Source: Raillietiella orientalis (Eukaryota). Taken from it: 64,000 nucleotides of DNA. The first letter of the stretch is position 1. Each line of letters starts with the position of its first letter. The stretch is from the NCBI GenBank assembly GCA_036172245.1, contig JAYWIR010000013.1, positions 372,001-436,000 on the forward strand, given 5' to 3'. This document shows positions 1 through 11,700 of this stretch, piece by piece. The position numbers and the translations under genes were made by a program. Under the pieces are notes generated by a model. It saw nothing but the letters and a program-made list of their open reading frames with translations. It did no database searches and was not told the DNA's origin.

Positions 1-2940
1 TTCAAATCTGGTAACATTCCTGATAAGAGTTCTGTTCTTTCATACATTCTTTCATAAATTCGTTCAAATAGTATATAGGTATACTCTTTGAATGCAAATT
101 TCTGAGAGTACACATACAGAATTGTCTGTATTTCAAAAGCATTTTGGTCTTTCGGATAGCGTACGCTATCACTTTAGATTTTTATAGTTTGGAAAGAGTT
201 CAGATTCATCTGGAAAACCCTATGCTATGAGACAAACATAATGATACATAATTTTCATTCATTTGAAAATGCACTTCTATATTCAGCATTCAATGGTACA
301 AGAATGGTGAAGTTACATTATCCCACACATCCAGAACATCAGAAATGCATTTACCTTAATAATACACCCAATCTTGACAATTATTTATCGAAAAACAATT
401 TTAATCAAAATTCACATTTAGCATTTTTAATTGTTGGATTGATCTTACCTGGGAAAATCAGATTTTCCAGTCTTGGTAAACCTTTGGAATACTCCACAAT
501 TTGTTGCAGGCAATCCAATATTAATTCCTCAGTTTCCTCAATTGATGGATGAAATTTGATTTCTGTGTCTTTGTGAAGAACAACCTGGGTTAGTAAAACA
601 GACTGTTTTAAGAACAGGAAATCGTTGTAAACAGAATAATCATTTCCATGCTGCAAGACAAGAAACCAAGGTTAACTGAATTCAAGCATGTAAAATTCCT
701 ACCTGATGGTTCATAAAAAAATACAGGAAATCATCTAAGGAACAGTATACTAGTTTATGTAAACACAGTGACATGAAAGCAGCAATGGTAGAAAAATATC
801 TTTCAATTACTACAGTAGACTTGTTAGATGCTGAAGGCAATAAATGTCTCCAATGTGCAGAATGCTCTTTAACAACTTTTTCACACATGGGAATCCAACT
901 GAATTAAATAAACAAGCCAAGGAATCACTATGTTATTACTTCTTCAGGAACAAAATTGATTTTAAACCATGAAGCAATGGGATTATTTCTATCAAGTATT
1001 TGCATGGTTATTTGTTTACTCATTTTCAATAATGTTTTAAATATAGTAATTTTGAAGTGGACATATATGAATGAATTAAAATTTAAATGTTCATCTCTAA
1101 ATACATAGAACAATGAATGAGTATGAATGGAAAATGAGTTACAAAATGGATTTTTTCAGTGCCATATAATTTTGCCTGTCAAAAACATGCTTTACATGAA
1201 AGTTACATATGTTTTTGGCTATTGTTCATTAAAAGCAGTATGGGTCTCCAGAAATTTCAAGTAATTTTGTATACCTAGTTAGCAGATTGGAACAATGACC
1301 TTGAGAAAATTTACAAATCATTTTCCACATTGATAATTTTTTTGCAAGCATCAGTGAAAGATTTAATGTCATAAGGCAATACTCATTTCAACACTGCTTG
1401 CTTTTACCTACATTGCAATGGAAATTTCAAGTTGGACACAATGTCATTAGTTGTAGGTTACTTTAAAATGAGTTACCAAAGTTAATGATTACCAAGTTTC
1501 AAGTTTATGTGCTGACTGTATATTTACTTTCACAAAATTTTCCATTCATACCTTAAACAGCAAAGTCCCAATGACAATATTTTTCGACAAACAGGTGATT
1601 CACTAATACAATAAAAACTAGAACCACCAAAAGAGCTCGTGTTATAATGTCTCTATATTTACTTATGATGAGTTGTTTGTTAAAATATCTTTTGCCGTAA
1701 ACATCTTTCTCTGAATCTTCTTCCTATTGAATTTTGTTTTTCAATGAATTCTTGAATTTCTTAAAATGAAGTGCCTTTCCTATACATAACAACTAATCAA
1801 ATCACACAGCTAAGTTTAAACAAAAGTTTTCAACTAGGAAATGCTCTTAACATGGTGGAACAGAAATTCTCAATGTCATTGCTTTTACCTATATTGTAAT
1901 GGAAATTTCAAGTTGCATATAATGTCAAAAACAGTAAGGTTTCTACTTCTGATAAATACCTGTTTAGAAGCATGGATTTGGTTTCTGCACAACTGAATTC
2001 AACATAATGTTTAAATGCACTGGCAGACATAGGAAGATTCGCACTTTCCAATTTGCTCACAAATCTAAGATCATAAAAGCTAAAACATTTAATGCCAAAA
2101 CTGCATGACATTCACATGTGATCATACTTTTTACTCCATATTGTATTTAAAGCTACTAGAACTGGATCAGAAACAAAGAATTCATGCATCATGAAGTCTT
2201 GTGAATGAAGGATCATTTGATGCCAAGGAACTGGAGCTCTTACTGTAAATGTTTTGAAATACCTTCCTTTGCGCTTGAGATTTAATCTCTGTGCTTGTTT
2301 TGGATCAAGAAGAACATATTCAAGAATTGATTTTTTCATAGCAGTTTCATAAATTACTTGGATCTCATTTTTTAAATCAGCCAATATACTAGAAAATCTG
2401 GAAGGGAATTTTAATAACAGACATATTGAGACCAAATGCTTAAAGAAAGACTGCATTAGGATTTTAACAATCAGACAATTACAAGTTCAATTTATAAAAG
2501 TTATTATTTTAGTGGGGGACTATGAACAATTTTCTTTTTCAGTGATCCACTAAAATGAAAATGTTTGTTTGGAACACTTAATATCATTGATACATACACT
2601 TTGGAATTTCTGTATTTTTGCAAATTCATGTCATCAACATTCAGCAGCTTTACTTCCTCTAATGGAGCAACAGCATTATCTCCAATTCCATATTGTACAT
2701 AAAGAAAATATTGATTCTCAAAGAGGTCAGTATCCTCCCTTTCATTTGGATTTTTTTGTTCAAAGGAATATTTCTGTCGTTCTGGACTGGTAGGTCTACT
2801 CAGGGCTGATGAGCTTTGAGACACTGATGTCAGAGGAATGACAAATTATTGTACTTACGTAAAGTCAACCATGTTAGTACATTCTGGCTGATGTATTTTT
2901 GGAACGATAGGTTCAACTTCAGTGGGCATAACATAGACAA
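1..2940 (-). CDS. DNAH3: Axonemal dynein heavy chain, N-terminal exons (DNAH3-like); gene continues off the left edge; 5' end approximate
   Basis: Exon translations RPTSPERQ..YFLYVQYGI..VAPLE, MKKSILEYVLLDP..RL..VRAPVPWH and WIPMCEKVV..HWRHLLP..YFSTIAAFMSLCLHKLV resemble the DNAH3-type N-terminal stem. GT-AG-bounded exons at 2128-2397, 1960-2079, 703-898 and 449-650. Confidence 0.8.
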
Positions 2941-4152
2941 TCTGCATCCAGGTTTATAAAACACAACATATTCTGAGCATGATTAGTAGCTGGGATTTTA
3001 GCAAATGGATTTTCTTTTTAAATCTGCCATTGTGTAGCATGACCAAAAAATATAGAAATAATTTAGTTTTTGACGTAAATATAATTGACGTATCTTAATT
3101 ACATTGAACTTTTTTTCCTGGCAATTTTTACACCTTCTACATACTATGTTGCATCTCAAGTTATGATTAAACACGCTTCATAAACTCATATGATTCAATG
3201 TGCCACAAGCACCATGTTTGGGAAGAAGGGAAATCTTTCGGTTTTTTTTTGTTTTATTTTCTGTTTTCTGTTATTGTTTTTCATGTTCTTGTTTTGCTAG
3301 GCTTTGTTTGGGATCAAATTTAATCCGAAAATGAGAAGGCAGCAAAAATACATTCATTGTGGGTAGTTGAACCTCATTTGAGCTTCGATTTAGCAGGGGT
3401 ACTACAGATTAGTAACCTTAATTCTACGAGTGAAATTCAAATCATTGAGGTACAATCAATTGTCCTATTGATTGCATTGGACAGAAATTGGACAGACTTG
3501 TGTACTGTACGCATCAAAAAGAAAAATTCGAAAAAAAATGAAAATCCCGAAATTAAATGGGAAAATCGGGAAAAAAACAAAAGGACAGAAAGGAAGACAG
3601 TACAGAAATGGCATTCTACACAAAACATTAGGAATGCTATCATCGAAGAATGCACACGTCCTTAGCGTACCAAAATGAACAAAACATTCACATGCAATAT
3701 GAATGCATTATACATAACTCCTATAATCGCTAAATTACGTTCTTTCACTTTAAGAGTTCATGGGCTCAAATTCACTTTTCCTCCTTCATTCCAGCTTGCT
3801 TAAACTACCTAGCTATCTTATGATCCAGAAAGGTGTAAAAAAAAAAAAAAAAAAGGAAAAAAAAATTGACTGAAAGCTTTCATTTGATAAAGGTAAAAGT
3901 CCTTCAGAAATCTTCACACTGAAGGCCCAATTTTTCTTCTCCTTTGGGATCTACCTGTTCATCAGGGTTCCGTTCGGAGGAACACGTGGTCACGCGCTTG
4001 GATACTTCAAGGCGCAGTTTGACACATGCAACAGCCACCCAAGGGTACCACCACGCGACCTTCCCTGATGTGACTTCATTAATGTTTTCAAATGCTGTGC
4101 TTTGTTTCCTGTGGCTTTCGTAGAGGATTTCACTTGCTACTTAATCTTACTA

Positions 4153-4615
4153 CAGGTGTGTCAAACTCAACCGCGGTCCACTTAATGCGACTGGCAAGAT
4201 TCACGTGGGCCACATGACATTTACAAGTTTTCTTAAAATACAAAAAATAGGGGTTTAGTATAAATTTTAAAAATTCAAATAACCGCAAGTACTTACATTT
4301 TTTTTAAATGAGTTATAAAACAAATACATCCTACAAATCTTAGACACGCCGATCGAGACAAAGAAACTAGCGCAAATGCCTTTCATTAAGATTCGTTAAA
4401 TCAACAAAAACTCGGATTATATTTAACGCTGCATTTGGACTTTGTCTCCCCCGGTTGACCAGTGCATCATAGCACATGACATGGCAACGACTCGACGGTT
4501 ACTTGCTATTTCATTCGTAACATATGCTTCTGTTTTTTCATTTTATTTCAGAGCATCGCGGGCCACATAAAATCACATCGAGGGCCACATGAGGTCCGCC
4601 AGTATGACATCCCTG
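4153..4615. mobile_element. Non-autonomous hAT (Charlie-like) DNA transposon / MITE, 463 bp
   Basis: TIRs CAGGTGTGTCAAACT (4153-4167) and AGTATGACATCCCTG (4601-4615) are 12/15 complementary. Perfect 8-bp TSD TCTTACTA at 4145-4152 and 4616-4623. Subterminal GGGCCACA repeats; no transposase. Confidence 0.9.
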
Positions 4616-6489
4616 TCTTACTAGAACACATGCCCTTTTTCCGAATGAATGGGACATCGCCGGGTATGTTTATTGTGCAAAAACAAAACGAAATGAATTT
4701 CGTAGCAACTGCATTTTCTTGATTTCTCATCGAAATCAAACTACTTCGATCCCTTCATTAAGGGCAACATACGACTTCTACTGCACCGAGATGACAACAT
4801 GAAAGATTTTGAATTAGCCCATGGTTATTTATCAGTACATGCTTATTTATTCCATCTTGTTAATTCCTTTTTTCAGTCTATTTTCCTCTAGCAAAGATGA
4901 TTTGAAGTTCTTAGATTACATTTCTGAAACTTTGGATGACTAATCCAAAATACGAACTAGTCTCAATCACCAAAGACTCGTTCGGCTGAATTTAGGTTAC
5001 CTTGACCTTAAGAAATTCCATCATATAGCATAATTTCAGGTAGCCATTGGTTTTCTAAGCTATTAATTAGCTGCTATGATTGGGATGTGTTTTCGGGAGG
5101 CATTTGTTCCTTTGCTGATTTTCACCAGCTGATGATATGGAGGGTACGTTGGAAAAATCTCTAAACACTTGTTTCTGAGTTATTATGGAGTATACGAAAA
5201 TTTTGCTTTAACTGTAGTGCATTTCTCCAGGCGCACCATGAAAATCTGTCTTTCTTCATTATGAATGCGAAAGCGAGAAATTCATTTGGTTGAAAGCAGT
5301 CGAAGAACTTTTCCAACATTGTTTTCTTATTTCTATTTATTTCTGTTTTTCTCGAATGCCACGTTCTGCTGATGATTCATGAATTTCAAGTCTGTAACCT
5401 AATGTTCCGCGAGCTACTGTTTTTTGCATTTCAGTAGAAACCCAACGAAAACAAACCTTGCGACTGGCTCTACCTTGTTTATTTGTTTGTGCATCTGTAT
5501 TGTCTCCTGCATCCCAAAAGTAAATTGCAAGCAGTTATTTCACGTGTGCGTGCCGCGGAATCGGTCGCGATGATACTTTCTAACCTAATCTCCTTTTGTT
5601 ATTGATGTTTCGTTATGGCAATACTTACAAGTCCATGAAAACTTGGTAAGTTCCAAGTTTGGTAAATAGAAAGTTATTTCTGGGCATCAAAGATGTTACG
5701 TTGATGAAGTGTAATCTTCTTAAGCTTAAATACTTAATTAATTCAAAGATACTGTTCAAAGACACTGATAAAAAAAACTGTTTGGGATTTTACTCGAAAA
5801 GTAAGTTATTTACACGATCAACATCTAATGTCAAGGTTGCGTAACATCGCATTAGTGATTCAAAGTAATCAAAACGTTCTGAGAAGGCAGTCTTAGGAAT
5901 TAAAGGAGGAATTTCCTAAAATCAAGAATCATGGCAGTGAAATCAACAAAAAATTATAAAAGCCAAGAAACAAGACTCTATATCCAGGTTGAACCTTTAT
6001 CTTTGGATCCGTGGAAGAGAGCAACAAGAGAAAGAACGTGATTTCTAAGTACAAGGGGAGAAAAATTGCAGTTCAGATGTGGAAATCAAAGACGCAGTTT
6101 GCCTGTGCTACCAGTTTTGTTTTCAACAAAGAAGGTCTTCTCAAACGAAACGCTGTTTTTAGCACATTACCAGAGTAGATCCTAGTATAGGAAGCATTAG
6201 AACATATTCAAAGAAAAATTAATATAGTAATGTTTTCAAATATAATATATTCAAAGGAATAGTAATATATTCAAAGGAAGAGAACCTTTCATTCCAACGC
6301 TGCAGCTGACCTAAATTTCACCTGCTTTGCCGGTTTCCTCAAGGATGTTTAGGGCTATTGCAAAAGAAATGATTCAGAAAGTTTTCAAAATAAAAAATTA
6401 AAATTCTTCAAGCCCTAGACCAGAACAAGCCCCTGACTCGCCTGACTCCTCCTTAAGTACCCTGTCACCCTCCAACAGTCAAATCAGCC

Positions 6490-6507
6490 AATAAAATGCT
6501 TTTATTA
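6490..6507. terminator. Back-to-back viral polyadenylation signals overlapping the stop codons
   Basis: Plus-strand AATAAA at 6490-6495 contains TAA 6492-6494. Minus-strand AATAAA at 6506-6501 overlaps the cap stop at 6507-6505. Confidence 0.7.
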
Positions 6508-7413
6508 CGTATACATGCCTACATCTCTACTATGTTTGAAAATCAAATACAAATTTGGGTTATTCTGTATGTAGGAAAACCCTTATTTAAAGTTCCTTGC
6601 TTTGGTCATACACCTCTCTGGAAGTTATCTTTCAACTCATCAGGGATGTCAATTCTTGACATATGCTTCAAAATATGCACCCTACTACATCCAAACTGCA
6701 TATCCGTTTCCACATCCACACCTCTTCCACTTCCACTATCTATCCACGGACATCGCACGTACTTCGAAATAAGCACATTGCCCATCGTATCCATAAGCTC
6801 CAAGTACGCTCCAGAATACCAACGAACGCCACGTACTCCAAAATACTTAAACCAACAGCCAGCGGCTTCTTGGTACGCTGCTGTACTCGCATTAATTTTC
6901 TCGTCTTCCACATTCCATGGCTTCCCGAAAAACTCAGGGCGATTCGCGCTTTGTACCAATGCTACATTTCGATAAGACACCTTCATCCCTAACTCCTCGG
7001 CCATATTTCCGACAGATAATCCTAATGTCAAAAGTTTCACCTTTAACGCAAGACCTTTTCACTTTCACATATCCGAAATACCTTGCCATTTGCTCGAAGT
7101 TCAATAACTTCAATAACTCCGATAATTTCCAATACTGCTCGAAGTATGTAAACATCCACGAACAATTTATAGCATCACCATCCATAACCATCTGCGAACT
7201 ATAGTGCGTAGCTTGCAACAAGCCAGATCGTTCCACCACGCGAGTTACTTTGCCATACTTCCAACGAGGGTTCCTAATAATTCTCATACACCTACGCTTA
7301 GGATTAAACCTACGTCGCCTCTTGTACGTATTGTATCCTTTACGAACTAGCCTCTTTCGCTTTGAGACGTACGACGCCTTCCCTAACTTCCGCTTTCGGG
7401 AGTGATACGACAT
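6505..7413 (-). pseudogene. cap: CRESS virus capsid protein (frameshifted)
   Basis: Arg/Lys-rich N-terminus MSYHSRKRK..YKRRRRFNPKRR; FEQMARYFGYVKVK, KYVRCPWIDS and C-terminal YRIT/LYLIFK segments typical of circovirus-like capsids. Frameshifts near 7040 and 6555; internal stop at 6606-6608. Confidence 0.82.
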
Positions 7414-7655
7414 AGATACTACCATTCGGCTGCTTGACAACCTACTGCCATTTTTTCCATATCCCCCCACCCCTTATTACTCCGACCCGGGTGGTGGTGA
7501 GCTACGCCCACCCGACTTACCAGATTCTTCCACGAGATCGGGTTACACCAGCCACAAAAAACTGGAAGCCCTCAAGGCTTTCCGCATACTTCAAGCCCCT
7601 CACGATTGCGGACTTTCGCCACATGGCCACTATCGCGTTGCCAAGATCGGTTACT

Positions 7656-7687
7656 CAGCAATCTGGGTAATACTCGCCAGATTGCTG
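7656..7687 (-). other. Rolling-circle replication origin stem-loop
   Basis: Perfect 11-bp stem CAGCAATCTGG/CCAGATTGCTG. The loop carries nonanucleotide GAGTATTAC (NANTATTAC) on the minus strand, 7675-7667. Iteron-like AGATCG(G)GTTAC at 7535 and 7644. Confidence 0.93.
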
Positions 7688-7712
7688 CGCCACAAACTAC
7701 CCACTTACGGAG

Positions 7713-7720
7713 TATATAAA
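7713..7720 (+). promoter_or_regulatory. TATA box of viral rep promoter
   Basis: TATATAAA lies between the ori and the rep ATG (7779). Confidence 0.55.
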
Positions 7721-7778
7721 CCACCTAAGACGACCGAGCCACAGTCATAACCTTCAGTGAATTTCAGCAACCACCACT

Positions 7779-8705
7779 ATGCCTTACGGTCTTTTCTTTA
7801 ACTGGTGTGTTACATTCAGTAATTACACAGAAGAAGAATTCGTTAAAATTAAATCACGGTGTCGCAGCAACCGCAAATTCTGCGTTTTCGGATGTGAAAC
7901 CGCATCCACCGGTACTCCGCACTTACAAGGTTACATGCAACTCAAAGAGCCAAGAACCCTGCCAGGACTACACAGGAAACCGTTCACCAAGTCACATTTG
8001 GAGAAAAGCCGCTGCACAGCACTTAAGGTACTGCACCAAACAAGATAAAACTGCTTGCACTTACGGTGCAATTTCAAATGCCGATGAACCAACATCATAC
8101 GAACAGGTTAGTCACGTGACCGCATTCTCATGCCTAACCCATTTCTCTTTCAGATTCTCGAACTCTTCGAATCTGGCGCAGAGGAAAAACTTATACTCAA
8201 AAATCTTCCAAAATTCTACGCCAGAAGCATTAACTTCGTCAAAGAATGCTTTCGGTTATCCAGGAATCGCACCCACACAATCGCACCCCCTAGCGAATCT
8301 GCGCCTCAGAAAATGACAGATGGATATATTCGACATTATTCGCAAACCACCAAGTGAAAGAATCATATACAGGTTCTATGATACGATAGGCAACGCAGGC
8401 AAAACAAGGCCAAGTTCTTATACTTGAAAAAAGGAGCCATTTACATGCACTCTTGCCGGAAAGCAGATGCAGCCCATATGTATCATGGTGAATCCATTAT
8501 AGTGGTGGACTTCACAAGAGACAATCAAGAGCGTGTACAGTACGGATTTATAGAGTCCCTCAAAAATGGCATCGTTTTCGACTCGAAGTATCAGGGATCT
8601 ATCAAATACTTTGACACACCCCACACCTTCATATTTGCCAACTGGGAACCTGATTACTCCAAAATGAGTTCCGACAGATGGGTTGTCAAGAACATTTCCA
8701 GACCC
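7779..8705 (+). pseudogene. rep: CRESS Rep (HUH endonuclease + SF3 helicase), spliced, with 3 frameshifts and 1 stop
   Basis: Motif I WCVTFSNY, motif II TPHLQGY, motif III YCTK; LRK*Q (probably WQ); Walker A GNAGKT (8389-8406); Walker B IIVVDF; motif C IFAN; SSDRW. Confidence 0.92.
8107..8153 (+). other. Putative 47-nt spliceosomal intron in rep
   Basis: CAG|GTTAGT donor, CTAAC branch point at 8134-8138, TTTCTCTTTCAG acceptor. Removal joins ..TSYEQ to ILELFESG.. in frame. Confidence 0.75.
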
Positions 8706-11700
8706 ACAGAGAGCCATAATACATCGTGGACTATGAATGAGGAAGGATCCATTCTCTTATATTTCGGAAAAGGTATCGATGATCAACAGCGATTCTGTCA
8801 ATATTATCTCAGTGAATTTACTTTCAATGACTTATACCCGGAATTGTCAAGAAAGTGACAAAGAGGGACTTTCATTCCTGAGTTCAACAAGGAGAGCGAC
8901 AACAAGTGTTTAGTGCAGAAGTATGCCCCCTTTGTTGCTCATGACGTGAAAAGAAACCTTAGCAACGCAGAAATGTAATTTATGACCTCAGGGATTCCAG
9001 GACAGAGCATCCTGTGAGCTATGAGATCTGAAATCGTTGGTGAATTTCAACTGTATGAGGCGAAACTAGGGAATCGACAAATTCTTTGTAAATCCTGAGT
9101 AGCTGCTTTCATATTTCTTTCATTCGCTTTCCACACTAAATTAAGGGCTACTCTTTGATGACATCCATCCAAGCAGCTTTCTAATTCAGACCAATGGAAG
9201 GTAGTTGACGCAAAGGTTTAAAATCACATAGGATCATAGACATATCTGCATCAGAAGTGGGTGCTCGCTTAATTGCTTCCTGTGTATATCCGTAAATGTG
9301 CAATCACGTCATACCATGAAAGGGAAAAGTGATCGTAGTTAATGCATTCATTCGTTGAGGTCATTCTGCATCTGTTTCATCGTTAAACTACAGAGGATCG
9401 TAAATCGTATCAAAACATCACGCATTCTTCAAATTCAATCAAAGTTTTCCAGGGAGGATGAAGGATTTGGCTTATTATAGTTGAAAGCACAAATTCATGT
9501 ATGGCAGAGAATTTGAGCAGAGGTTTTGAGCAGAGAATGACTGGATTATTGTAACCTTGTTTTATCTTCGATTCTCCAGATCTTTTGGAACTATGATACG
9601 ATATTTATAAGAAGGGCATGCTGCTCAATGAACATGTTGGTTAAAACAACTGGAGATCAAAATACGAAGAGTCACGACGTTAGGAGTACTCAGAAATGGT
9701 ATTCGGTCTGACATAACTGCAACAGTGTAGCGATTCTCATGAACTGTTTCGACTGATTACAAGTGCCAATGAGTCACTGGTTTTTTAATTTCTTTTAATT
9801 CCTTGCAAAGAGAACCATTTGTGTGGGCAGGGATAAATACGTTAATTCTCCGTTAATGTTGTTTACGTTAATACGTTAATGTTGCTTCCATTCAATCTTC
9901 ATGTTGCTTCCCTTTCCTATCTGGTCCTTCTTTGTGCCTACACCTCGTTTCTGGACGCATACAGATCTCTCATGGGCAGTGGTGCTATTCCTGTTTATTT
10001 TGTCCGTAGATTCATCATCGTTCTAGCGTCTTCACGAGCGGAAATTCTCAGTGTTCCAGTTACTATTAGGTACGATCAGCATGAAAGCAAACACAGAACA
10101 TCAAACATATCAGCATGTCAGGAGAGAACAGCAGAATTCTACAATGTGACGGTTTGATTTTATAGATTCGATGACACGCAAAAGCCACTTGGTGGTACTG
10201 CCTGAGACGAATTCTCATTTTGCATGCCCCAGTCCTTTTGTTTCACTTAAATCGAAACATAGACACAGAGTTTCTGACAGATCAGGCAATGATTATGCCC
10301 CAGCAAAATGACTTGTCCCTAGATGGAAGTCGGAATGCGAAAGTGATCAAACTGCTTTTTACCGAGATGCTTTCCTCTCCGTTGAAGTTGTGAGTTAAGA
10401 CGTATCATGATTAGAGAACATTTAACACACCTCTTTAAGATTTTTCCATAGAATTGAAAACTTGTTCTTTCCCTGTCTTGCTGAAAATTATTCAGGTGAT
10501 ATCGGGCCACGCGTAGTCTTGGAATTCTTTTTAGAAGCCACTATCATCCCATTTTCAGTTTAGATAACTGTTAAATTATTGTTTCCAATATTTTTCATGC
10601 GTTTGAAGAAAAAAAAAGGAAAGTCTAGCATCGGAATCTCAAAGGGTTACCCCCATCTACTGCACTTCTTCTATTTGTATGAAGGAAGCAAGCAAAGAGT
10701 TCCTGTACAGCATATATCGTTAACAGTTCTGAAAGCAATTTCAAATAACAGGGAAGGAGAAAAAACGGGTACTGAAGAGCGAGATGTGAAACGAATGAGA
10801 TAGCAGAAGCTGAAGTAGGCGAAGGAGGAGCAAAGAGAGTTCCACTTGAGGAGTGTGAGAGAGTCTGCTCTATTGAGCAGTTTCCAAGGATACCACGGTC
10901 ACGGGCTTCTGAGGATTAAACGCTCAACAAGTCAGCAGAGATGCTCGAAAGAGAATGCAGTGGATTAATGAAACAGCCTTTACTGACGTGACTCATCCTT
11001 GCTTTGCAGTTGTTGTTTTTTTCATCAAAGATTCTGGCTTGGATACATTTAAAGGGGGCTGCAATCATTCATATATATTTTTAGATGCACATGACAACGG
11101 ACTGCATGCGAAATTTCCATGGATAGTATTCTGGAGCTACAAGACGAATCGGAGTTTCCTTTGGTTACTGTGCACGTGAGGAAGACGGCAGTTCCATTAA
11201 GAGGGAATCGAGAGTGAAATCGGCAACGCACTTGCAAACTTCCCTTCCTTTGCAAGTTGTGGAACGACCACGCACAAACACCGTTCGATTTTCACCTTTT
11301 GACAGTCATTCTGCTTCTTTTGTGGAACCTGCATTCCAATTAATCCCGTGTTCACAACGAATGCCCCGAAGAACTCCTCAGGCACGGCCGCCAATAAATT
11401 CAGTCCACATTGCCACCGATGTCCACGCGGTTTACGCGAAACAACCTTAAGAGAATTCCAAACGGAAATTCATTTCGTTTGCTAGTTTTTCATTCAAATA
11501 GTCGATGTGCGATTCAATGATGATACTAAATCTGCGCTGGACTTCCGTCTTAAGATCGTATCCGAAACCGAACTGAAAGCAAATGAAAGTGATGTTTCTC
11601 AACGAGAAAGAAATGGAACATATGAATAGCGATGAAGAGTGATTTCAGTGTGTACGAGAAATAGTAGAGTTTAATTCTAGAAGAAGAAATGAAAATCAAA

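Larger units (their letters stand above)
6402..8705. mobile_element. Endogenous CRESS-DNA (circular Rep-encoding ssDNA) virus, near-complete ambisense genome, decayed
   Basis: Divergent cap (-) and rep (+) flank a stem-loop origin; converging stop/AATAAA pair at 6490-6507. Boundaries approximate. Confidence 0.92.

Noticed and set aside
1400..1927. About 47-bp direct repeat (1400-1446 and 1881-1927) and exon-like remnants in the long dynein intron
   Set aside because: Short local duplication with no open frame or clear splice sites; no function can be supported.
5100..5300. Minus-strand EERQIFMV.. fragment resembling a Tc1-like HTH start
   Set aside because: Too short and degraded; no TIRs or DDE domain found.
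6200..6280. Short ATATTCAAAG repeats (similar micro-repeats at 9505-9536 and 9835-9880)
   Set aside because: Irregular slippage-type duplications; not CRISPR-like or a defined satellite.
8706..8978. Apparent long C-terminal extension of Rep (ORF 8424-8858 and beyond)
   Set aside because: Rep motifs end at DRWVV, and a better candidate tail with stop/polyA lies at 6402-6494. This is probably read-through into flanking sequence.
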